NCBI GenBank assembly: GCA_030141605.1
Contig: JAQGDQ010000051.1
Coordinates: 310,001 to 374,000, forward strand
Direction of reading: 5' to 3'
Length of the DNA stretch: 64,000 bases
Origin: Tubiluchus corallicola
Taxonomy: Eukaryota > Animalia > Priapulida
Below the pieces are notes generated by a model. The model searched no databases and had not been told where the DNA came from. It worked only from the letters and a program-made list of their open reading frames with translations. Positions 40,441-52,400 of the stretch are shown here, in pieces. The stretch's first letter is position 1. Each line of letters opens with the position of its first letter. Position numbers and translations under genes: made by a program.

Positions 40441-43400
40441 TATCATCATCACCATCATTATTTATTTGACTTTTTTGTTTCTTTAATAACTCACCAATGC
40501 ATAGGGCTGGAGTCATGAGGCTCACAGGTCGCTCACCCCAGGTAGGGACTTTATGTTCATGTGTAACCCATCACTGCCAGCTCAAAAGTCATGGAGTGGA
40601 CTTCACATTTTTTTTGTGAGGCTGGAGCTTCTTTTAGAGCTTTTGATGCTGGGCCACAATTTTTGGTGTGTGTTAGGTGGGGTCGATATCTAGCGTATAG
40701 CTGAGTTTGCATATAGTTGCGCCACTTGTATGTGGGAAAATTTCTTGGTATGGGGCAATAAGCGAAATCAGTGGGGTGTCGTGGATACCAAAGTCCTTGA
40801 TGAGACAGTTTGAACAGTATGATTTATGCCAAAATTGGTTGATCCCTGACTGAACTATAGGAGGTAAAAACTTGTGGTCTGAGATACAAATACTTCTAGT
40901 GTTGAGCAACAGTAGATCGTAGTATATCAAGTGAAATAGTTTAGGTGGTATGGGCCATGTCCACATTGGTTGACCCCTGACCTCGAGGTCACAGGCTGAA
41001 AGTGACAGATTTTTAGATTCTAGTTTGACAAGTTCCAATTTTGGTGTCATGGAGCACATGAAGTGAAAGGTCTTGATGAAACAAATTGGTGTGTGTTAGC
41101 CAGCATTTGGTTAACCCTTGACTGTTCACGTGTCAAGAGGTGACAACTTCCGATTTCATTTGAACTATTACTGTCAAGCACAACTGTACTTACTTATTAT
41201 TATTTGTTGGTAAGTATTTTGAAAAACATTTTTTATTTGTAAACACGAAACAAAAGCTGCCACTTAAAGCACCTCTTGTCACAGAAGCAGAATCTTACCA
41301 CAATTTTTGACTAGATCAAAAACATTTTTCATTTTAATTTTTTATGTGATATATCATTTATTCTATTGTGTAATGTGAAAATTATAAAGTTAGTAGTTGG
41401 CTAGTGTTTCTTACAGCATCAGAAACTGAAGAATTTACTGTCTTTGTCTACCCTACAGTGCCTAAATACATGTGCAAAAAATTAAATTCGCTTCAAAGCT
41501 CTTTAACTAATCGCAAAAAGCTGTTCCATTTTCTCGTTTTGGTTCCCATCTTGGGTCTTTGGAGAATCCCAGCTTTTTAAAATCAGAGGTGCACATCTAT
41601 CCCACTATACTAAATACTTGTGAAAAAGATTTTCAATTTAACTCAAAAGCCCTGCAAGAAGTTGAGAATTAATCGAAAAACTGACTGATATCCAGTGTTG
41701 TAGACTTCTTCACCAGAGATCACAAGTCACTACACTGCCATCGTTTCCCAAACTGGGCCTACCTGCTCCGTGGGTTTGATGGCCCTAGCTTGCACATTTT
41801 TGGAGTTATTAGGCGAAACATTGAAGAACAAAGAAAGAAAAAACTAGTAAACGTTTTTGACTGTGTCAAAAACTGCGGTAACATTCTACTTCTGTGACAG
41901 GACATACTTTAAACAACATGTTCTGTTTTGAATTTTCAAATAAAAATTCTTTTTCTAACTAGCTAGTGACATGTTTGTAAGTGCTGTTGTGCTTGGTATT
42001 AAAAGTTTCAGTGAAATCGGAACTTGTCACTTTTTCACCAGTGCCCCATAGATCAAGGTTCTGAAAGTCGTAACATTTCCTCCTTTGAATTCACCATGCT
42101 TAATTGTTTAGGAATTGCATTTCGTTTTAGTGAAATCGGAACTGCGAATTTTTTTAATGGTTACCAGTTCACCTTTGTCATCGAAGTTCTATGTTACTTT
42201 TCTTCGTAACAAGCACATAACGTGACCACACAGCTAATTTCTTCCCCAGTATCAGCGAGTTTCAGAAACTAGCAAATTAATTAATTTTACTGTCAATAGT
42301 ATTTTAAAAGTAGCACATTCAAACCAATTTTAAGGAAAACACAAATTAATATACTTTTGTAGAGACTAGCAAAAACCTGACAAAAGCATATATCAAAATA
42401 GTGTGAATTGAAAAAAAGATATCAAAAAGATGTGTGAGGCAGAAAGTTTTGACTGGGATTCAAACCCACAACTTTTACATGCAAATAGGAGCGCTTTTAC
42501 TCACTAAGCTATCTCGCATTTCAGTAACTACACTCACTTATTAACTGCCGTAGTGGTACACAATGCGGCGGTACACTTTATGGTCATGCGCATTGCAGTT
42601 GAATAAAATGCAGGTTTTCAAATTTGCAGCAGTTTTATTAGCGACCATTTGGGTTGATTTTACTTTCCTTTCAAACTACATGAATTTCCTTGTCACAAAA
42701 TGCAATCGATAATTACTGGTGTTGTCACTTCAGACATGTGTTTCACTCATTTATTGTGGGTGGTTATTTAAATTTGCGCATTGCTATTTTGACAATGGCA
42801 TTTAATATGTCAAACATTACATGAAGTGTGAGTATGAGAGAGCTTTCCTGAGCTTTGCAATATTTAACATAAAAAACGTAATGCCCTTTATAGTCTCAAT
42901 GATTATATATTTTTATTTCAGAAGCTTTGATATCAGCGGGCCTCGTCAGCTGAAAAAATGCTAAAACAATATGTACAAGTGTAAAACAAGAACATTAAAA
43001 CCAAAAAGTGGTAGCTAAACATCATTGATTTGAAATATAATAAGTTAAAGAATAAAAATGACTGAACGACTGCATAAGTAGAAAAACCCAGAACTATACA
43101 ATTGCTCTTGCCAGAACAGTTTTGGCAAGCAAGGATGAAAGCTTCCGAAATAAAGATATATAATCATTTAGACTATAAAGAGCATTACGTTTTTTATATT
43201 ACTTGACGTGTTTTAAAAAGTGTATTACTTTTGTGTAGGTTGTATGGTCTCGTATTTCAGCAAATTCTGCACCTATCAATATCGCAATTAATGAACAAAA
43301 ATTAATTGACAAAGATAGACTTTCATCTGCATTAAGGCGAAATGGTGGTCAATTGACCTCAACAATTTATATTGAAAACGTCGAGCCCGAGGATGAAGGC

Positions 43401-46400
43401 ATTTACAGATTTAAAATTGCAACAACACCACCGATATACAAGGACATAGAGATATTTGTTTTTGGAGGTAAAAATATTTTATTTCTTATATTCTGTTATG
43501 TTATATTGATAAAATTTAATCACTCTATTGTTTATGATCTATTTAACATGTCATTCCAATTTTACATGTATTACAGAGCAACCAGCCATTTTGCCAACTA
43601 CAATTCCTCCATCTCAAAGTTCTATACGAAGTCAGACACCTCCATCAGGACAAGATGTTTTACTTGGACAAAGAGCAACCACTGCAAGAAATAATGAACC
43701 TCAACCCAGAATAATAGAAATTAGTAGAGATGCAACTGTACCAGAAGGTTCTACATTGGAACTAAAAGCTGTAGCTTTGGATGTGGAGAATTTAAATGTA
43801 AGTATTTTCTAACCGTTATTTTTTTAAATACTTAATATGGGTTATTGTTTTATTTGTCAGTTACTACAGAATTTTTTTGTTCTTGTTATATTAAGATTTT
43901 GCAAAGTATATGGGTGTGTAAGAGGTAAATGGGATTCTGCTGCAATGTAAACTACATTAAAAATCATATATAGTCTTAAAAGTGTTTTCAAATTGATCTT
44001 AAGTGTCCAAGTAAGGCTAAAATTAAACTTAATATCCTTGCAAGTTTTATTAAAATGAACTATCCGTAGTGTAAAATTATGACATTCTCTTTTAGGAAAA
44101 CTGGCTTTGAAATCGTTTTTGTCTACAAAACATTTAATTTAGAATTTTGGAAAATGTAGACGTGGCCCTACTTTGTGGCAGCAGTTTTTTTTTTTTGCTT
44201 TTTGGAATAGTGGCACTTTGTGGTTTTTTTACAACAATTTTTATGCTATCTGATGACTTTTCTAACAAGAATATTGATGCACATTATAGCTGTTGACTAC
44301 AAAATCATAAGAATCAATTTTAACAAATTTACCAATTTTGAATTCAGTCTTGTAATTAGTTTAAACTCATTGTAGTTTCATCATCAGCAAAACACGTTCT
44401 GTAGACCTTTTTTAAATTAATGGAAGAAAAGTAAAATGTTTATTATTAAACTACAGAATGTAGTCATATGTTATAGATTATCCTTTATCATTTATTTTAG
44501 CAATTGCTGTTGTGTTTATAAAGCATTGCTGTTTACAGCATTTGCTATGCAATATACATTGAACAGCTAATTTTAACTGTCAAAATTATTTTCTACCAAC
44601 ACTAGTGAATTGTGTTGCTGAAGCAACTGTTTTTTTATTTCTTAAACCTATAGTTCTTTTTATGATTTGCTTTAGAATCTGTTGCTCCTACATAAAGTAC
44701 ATTTCTTCTAACAGACAAGTTTTTAGGGTGGCCTCTTTTTTTATTATAAGATCACGGCATGAACCAGTTTGCATTTATTTGCATGAGTTTTTGGCAAGAA
44801 AATGCAACTGTAATCATAACTGTAAAGTTATTGATATATTTAGGCTGTGTTTACTTATCATCCAATTAGTAAATTAAAATTTAGCAATATAATTAATAGC
44901 AAAATTCAAATTCTAATTTAAAAGATTTTTATTTTTGAGCATGAGATGAGTCATTAGAAAGTGTGAGTTCACAGATTTTGGATCTCATAATTTAAGTTTT
45001 TTGAACTTGCTTCTCTTCTAGAATTGCTAAAGGCCTTCATTATGCTTGATTTAAAAAAATATTGTGGATAGACAGCATAATCTTTTCTGATAAAAATATC
45101 ACGTTATACATCAGAAATATTACATCTTATATACTGTTTATTAAAATTTTGGAAATTTTGACATTGAGTCATATGTAATTTGTTTGTTGTCTGGATGTTG
45201 TAGTTTCTCGTCGAGTTTCAATAATATTTAAATGTTAATAAAACATTTAGGAGTATGTTTTTGCTACTTAAGTTTATTCTAATGTTTTGCAAAACTGGCT
45301 TCAGGTAACTGTTAATAGTTATTATTTTATAGACAACTTATTATACTGTGACACGACTAATAATTTTTGTCGTTTTTAATAAGGTTGTATGGTCTCACAT
45401 TGCTGCAAGTTCTGCACCTGTTAACATTGCTGTTAATGAACGAGAATTAGTAGATAGTGGTAGACTTTCAGCTACATTAACAAGAGATGATGATCAAGTC
45501 TCTTCAACCATTTTTATTGAGAATGTTGGTCCCAAGGATGAAGGCATTTATAGATTTGAGATCGCAACAACACCATCAATATATGAGGAAGTGCAATTAT
45601 TTGTTTCTGGAGGTAAAACTTTTTGTTTTTGGCATATTATTATATTGTGTGGTAAAATTTAATACCTGCTTGTTTATCTGGTATTATTCAAACACCCTGA
45701 ATTATAATCATGTTGACACAGAAATGAATCTAAATGAATTGTGTTGAAGTAACATAATTATATTTTTTCTATCATTTCGCCTATCAATTATATTTGTATC
45801 ACACGATCTGGAAGTTTACAATTTAGTGTTTGTCGTGTTTTCTTCTCATGATGTTGATTCTTGTAATTTTTATACACAATTTTTATTTCGGTAGTTTTTG
45901 TGTGAGCAGGGTCGAAACGTTGCAGATATTTGTGTCTGAATAAAAGCTATGTCTTTGTTTAAGTGCGTCCTGGTTTTTAGTTTCACTTTAAGAATTCGTT
46001 TTCCCCATCACCAATCAATCTTTTTAAACATTTTCCTTTTGTATTTTCTTTCAGACCCACCAGCTATTTTTCCAACTACAGTTCGTCCTTCTCGGGGTTT
46101 TGTACGCAGTCAGACACCTCCATCAGGACAAGATGGTTTAATTCCTGCAACAGATGGTCGATCTCAACCAAGAATAATAGAAATTAGTAGAGATGCAAGG
46201 GTACAAACAGGTGCTACAGTAACACTAAAAGCTATAGCTGCAGATTCTAAGAGTTTGAATGTAAGTTTATTATTAACTTTTCTTTGAGGCTTGTACATTT
46301 TTATTGGGTGGCATTACAAATTTATTTCTTTGAATTACTGCGGTTTTGTTCCCAAACAGCATACCAATATTTTTGAGACATAAATGCTTAAATGTTTTTA

Positions 46401-49400
46401 CTTAGACAATATTTTCACTTTTCTGCATGAAAGCTTCAAACGTCTCCCAGACAATATTTTCACTTTTCTGCATGAAAGCTTCAAACGTCTCCCGTTGTTA
46501 AGATACAGTAATTGTGCTGCAACTGGTCTGCAGGCAAATGCCGACTTGCATGTATATAGAACATGTTCATAGAATGTAATGGCTATTGACAATTGTAATC
46601 CTGTTCATTTGCAGAGAAGTTTTTAAATGTAGCGTTTTTTGCCTAGATGTGCACGTTGTAAAACAAGCAATAGTCGTTTGATTAAATTTCTTTAGTTTTC
46701 TTCGTTTTTTTTCTAAATATTGTTAAATTGAGTCAAAAACTGAAATTTATGATTCTAGAAAGAAAATATCGACCATTTGTGCTTAATCATTCTTAATTTG
46801 TAACACTAATGATTGCAAAGGTGGCAAAAATTTCAAGTTGATTTTAAATCTAAATATTTTTGCACAATAAAAATGCTTATAGTGTACACTCAAAAGTATA
46901 TAATTGTTTATGTATAATCAAAATTGCAAATTTAACTGAGCCAAAACTAGTTTCTCATCAACTCAACCATATGCACATACTACAATTTTGAATTTAATTA
47001 CATTATTTCAATAAATTCAAACATAATTCTGCATTTTATAGTTTTTTATGCAGGATGTTGCCAGTTAGGTATGCCAATTTCGTGGGCTTTTTATATATTG
47101 TATTATTTAGCTTTAAGTTTTTTTTTATGAAATATCAGTAAATAATGTCATACTGAAATGTTTTGCCTCAAATGTTGCAGTTTTTTAATTTCATCATGAT
47201 TTTTTCCTGGATTGCTTTTTTCATCCTTTAATGTTGAAATGTAAACGTTGTGTTGAGATGATGTGCTTGTTTATCAATTTTCTATAAAATGATTTTTTTG
47301 TTAATTGGCATAATTCTCACCTACTAAAATTATATAATTTATGCAGGTTTTATGGTCCCGTGTTCCTGCAAATTCTGCACCAATCAACATTGCAATTAAT
47401 AAGCGAAAATTAATTGATAACGATAGACTCACGACCACACTAACACGAGATGGTGACCAAGTGACCTCAACAATTTTTATTGAAAATGTTGATCCCGGGG
47501 ATGAAGGCATTTACAGATTTGAAATTGCAACAATGCCACCAGTGTACAAAGATATTCAGATATTTGTTAGTGGAGGTACATCTATATTTTTGTTTTACAG
47601 AAATTCATGTAATTGCTTTCTTGTAGTATCAAAAGAAATTGATGAAGATTAAATTAATGTATTTGACCAAATAGAAAGAAGGCTTTAAGAACTGATTTAG
47701 ACTTTCAGTATGATCTGATACATGCTTTTTGCTGATATGTTTAACCCAATTGTTAAAAATTTGTCATTGAGTAAATTACGTTATTTAATCTGATAATGTT
47801 AACTTCAAACAAAATTGACAGCCTACTGCCTCTCCACCACCTCAACAATAAAAAACCTTTATACCATGGTGAGATACTGATACAAAAATTACTAAATTTC
47901 TTCATTTTTTTGCAACTTCCAAGCAGTCTAGACAGCCAACATCAGTAGCTCACAATACTATGGGTGAACATTGCTTTCTGATTTTCAGATTAACATTTTT
48001 TTTACCTGCTAATAATGTTCTATTATAGTATAAATTGTAGTAGTATGTTTGATAAATGTCTTGGCAAATTTTTGAATCACATGTTTTGTTAACCACCAAA
48101 AATTCTGGTTGTTTAAGTGAAAGTTGTCTGCTTTTGACTACCATTCACTCGTAACGATGGATTTCAAACCAAGAACAGATTGCTTAAGATGGTTAAAATG
48201 CCTCTTCCCTTATCTGTAAATTCGTTGTGCGTTTTGCCCTATAGTTCATTTTTCAACTTTTTTCGGGCTGACGAACCACTACCATCGTGTTTGCGTTATT
48301 TCGTTGTTTATGCATATACTTAGTTGTGACTGCTATTCTACAGTTTATATTAGTAAAACTTTACGCCACTTAAAAGTTTGTTAATATGAGCATTGGGCAA
48401 ATCGCTGCCTACTGGCAGACAGATGAAGTCGGTGTCACACTCGTCTGTCCATGAGCATTGTTCCCAAACTCAACATCCATTTAAGCTTGATAATTTCAAA
48501 ATTTTAGAATCCGGCTAGCAGTGACTTTGATTCGCACATTTTTAAAACTCTTTTTACGTAAAGCTTCAGCCGGAGCTTATTGATCAACTGTCTTCTCTAC
48601 CCCTGGGACTTTTTAAACTGGTCGTTTTAGCTGCTAATATTACATAGTTGTTCATGTTTGGTGCAAAGGTTTCTCTTATTACCAAACACAGACATTTGTC
48701 AGAGAATGAATTGTGTTGGAGTAATGTAACATAACATAACTTTACCAAAATTGAATTTATTGCCGACCGGTTTCGAACAAACTGTTCGTTGTCAAGACAT
48801 CTAAAAAAAGAAATTTACCAGAATTTAGAAACAACATCAAAATGCAATTCAGTAGTTAGATAGCGAAAAGATATATGATAAACCATTTTATAGATAATTT
48901 AGCAATTTACCTTGCAGACTACATCTCTTGATTGGTATGAAACTATGTTACACTTCACAAACAAACATGTTATGATATAACATAACTTTGTTTTTGGTGT
49001 CATTTGACATTGTATGACATGATCTGTAGATTTACAATTTAGTATTTGTTTTGTTTGCTTTTCATAATGTGAATTTTTGTAATGCTTGTACTCTATATTT
49101 GTGTTTAAGTGGATTGTTGCATGATCTTGTTATAGTCGAAATGTTGCAGATGAGGACTGGGCGTACTTTCCTCATGTGTGAGCTGGCTGTGATTTTCATC
49201 TCCTTATTAGCTTCTAAATGTGAGTTTTATTTCAGGAATAAGACCAACCACTGCTTCAGTGTTTAACAATTTGCAAACGATTCAACAACCAAACCTGCTA
49301 GATGTACAAATAAAAACAACTCAGGCACCTCATTCAACTTCTCCTGCATCTATCAGTGATGACAAGAAGTTGTTTGATGGTGTGCCAAAAATAGCCGAAA

Positions 49401-52400
49401 TTTCAAGGAACAGTAGTGTTCATGTAGGAAACAGTGTCATTCTCAGCTGCGTAACTACTGGTGCTGACCAGCTAAATGTAAGATGACCTTTTCATACAGT
49501 CATACACATGCAGGGCATCTCAAAAGTCACTATACACTTTGATATCTAAATTTCTTTCTCCCTTCTAAGTATTTCTCCAGTTTTAACAAGCTCTTACATG
49601 AACAAAAGAGACCTTTGGCAATTCTTTTTGTTATTTGACTGGAACCCCATTACTATATAGCGATGACAGTAATGTTAGAAGTGAGGTGCAAAATCATCCT
49701 GGCATGAAATCACCAACTGAAGTTCAGTGGAAATTCAGAGTACTGCTCTATTTTCTCACATTTAACATTGCAGTTTTTCAACAAGGTAAAGTCCTTCCTC
49801 ACTACTCATGAGCTGTAAGAGAGTTTCTCAATGCGAGATGCCCGATTTGACATTGGATTGGTCTCTAAAGCTCTTGAGATGCCTGAAAATGGTAGTAAAA
49901 GTAGCAAATCCTACTAGTGCAGTAGTTCTTTCCAGATTTTTGTGGAACTTGACTAAAAGAGTTACCCAAGGTTTTAGTTCATCTGTACCCATTTTCAAAC
50001 ATTTTACTTTGATTGTTAAAAAACTATGGAAAATGTAAAGTTTATATAATGACTTATGAGGCTCCTGCATTTTTGTTAAAGTAGTGCTTTGTTAAAATTA
50101 TAATATATTACTTTGTAAATATAATAATCACAATATTAATTGCTTGCTGAGTAAATATTTCTGTATATTTCTTCCAAGCAGCACAAATGTATGTTCTTAA
50201 TAACTTGGAATGACAACTTAGGTAATCGTATGATTTGTAAAGATTTTTTATTTTTTTATTTTTATGTGATTTGTATTTTTTATATATCATTCTACCTGTT
50301 ATTTAGGTCGTATGGTTACAGAAGCAACCAGGTGAACTGCCAATTGTTCTTACTGTTGACGAAGTGCAAATTGTAGGAGACGAAGGATTTCGTAGCTTTG
50401 TTGAGCAAGTAAATCAGCATAAAGTTGTTCGGTTAGAAATCTCAAACATTCGTCCCAAAGATGAAGCTGTCTATATCTGTGAAATCTCATCTGTACCTCC
50501 AGTTTCTGTTGATGTCCATGTTGAAGTCATAGGTATGTTTGTTTTTTTAAATATTAGCTCTTTGTCCATGTTGAGTGTTAAACTATGCAAATTCTACCCA
50601 AAAAGTGCAATAGAGAATTTGTTGTTACTAAATACATCATATTTATTTTAAATATATTTTCTTAATTTGTTAACTACAGCTATTACAGTATTTGAGAGCT
50701 TGCACATTCTGTGACCAAATGATGCGGAGGTAGCACATAAGAAATCTTAAACAGCTTTGTTAAAAAATTACTGATGGTTGTCGTTCGAACAGTTTTGTAA
50801 AATAGAATGACTTTGTATTCCATTTTATATGAAGCACCCCAAGCAGGGCTATCTTAACAGCATCATAGGCCCCTGAGGAAAGCAGTGCACTGGTGCCACT
50901 ACCTACATAACCACTCGCAAGAATAAAATAGTCGATAAAATTAAATATATATTTATTGTATTTGTACTTTCGACAAAATCAGTGTTTAAACATTAAAGAA
51001 CGTGCTATACAGCAAAGATTAATCAACACAAATTAATGAATAATATAACATGAGCCTTGAAAACACAAAAAATTCAACATATAAACGATACTCAATTGGT
51101 TAACTATACTAACAGAGATAGCATGGTATGAAATTACTGTGAATTGTTTTCAAGTGTTCAACTAAACATTTCTTTGCAGAGAACAAGTCACAACATACAT
51201 TCATTAGCCCTCTATACTCATGTGGGCCCCCGGGCAACTGCCCGGCGTGCCCATGGGTTAAGACAGCCCTGGCCAAAAACTGGCCCAACAGCAACTCATG
51301 ACAGGGTGTTGTAGTGAAAAGGTGAAGATACGAATACTTGTTCAGGAAGCCAGATTTTATATAACTAACCCATGATAGGAAGTATCTGTTGATATTCTTC
51401 TTGAATAAAATGAGGTTGTAGTTGTCAAAAGCGATTTGCTGGAAGAAAATTTTACATAAAAGAAACCCAAGCAAAAAACTAGTTTTCAAAATTTATAAGG
51501 GCATTTTATGATTCTTCAGAATCAAGATTGACTAATTGCTTGTAATTGGTATTTGCTTTCCATGTTAAACTAATGTTAAAAGGCAACAGATGATAATTAA
51601 TGGATTTTTATTTCTGTGCCGTTGTCGATAGCAGACGTTGCAAACTTCCAAATGCAAATTTATATTCCTTCTTTTCATATAGTAGGAAGAGGCTCGGCGT
51701 CCGCTGAAAAAGAGTCGCCACTGCCAGTAGAGCGGACTTCTATAATTCGACCTCAAGCTACACCTCCATCATTTATAACTGATCCAAATAAACCAAAAAT
51801 CACAGACATCAGTAGGAATTCGAATGTACCAGCAGGTGTAACGATAAAGCTTGTATGTGGTGTCAGTAATATTGGCAATCTCAATGTAAGTATGTTACTC
51901 ATTATACATTTATAATTTTACTGAGGTTTGTGTTGCAATTAAGTATGTAAAAATATATATAAAAAATTTACATGTAATACTTCCAAATTCACATACAGTT
52001 GCGTACGACATTAACACAAACACACTCAGCCTCACCCTCACACACATGTACACATGCACACCTGCTTAAATACACCCACTTATGTTAGGCCCAATTTAAC
52101 TTTGTCTGTTTTATATATACGTAAAATAACAAGTCAATAAATTAAATCATATATGTCAGAAAACCAGCAGGCTTGTAAATACAGTTGTGCAGTGGTAAAT
52201 ACAGCAAACTATCACCTTGAAACGTCACAGAATAAATTCTGAGAATGTATTTTACTGTCATTTACTTGTAGGTGGTTTGGCTACTGTCTAAGGAAGGTTC
52301 AACATCACATATGTTAAGTGCTGGTGATATGCTTCTGGCTGATAATGATCGCCTAGAATCTTCTTCTATTGCTAATGGAAATCACGTAACAGCTGAGCTT

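Noticed and set aside
32194-47575. Dscam-type mutually exclusive exon cluster
   Set aside because: N and C half-exons alternate and splice consecutively in frame; there is no run of same-type alternatives and I saw no docking or selector sequences.
32194-47575. Pseudogenised Ig copies because of Cys loss
   Set aside because: All 16 exons keep open frames, consistent lengths and canonical splice sites, and both cysteines are replaced the same way in every copy.
49505-50080. Possible Tc1/mariner-type remnant (CAGGGCATCTCAAAAGTC start)
   Set aside because: No matching second TIR or transposase motif could be identified by eye.
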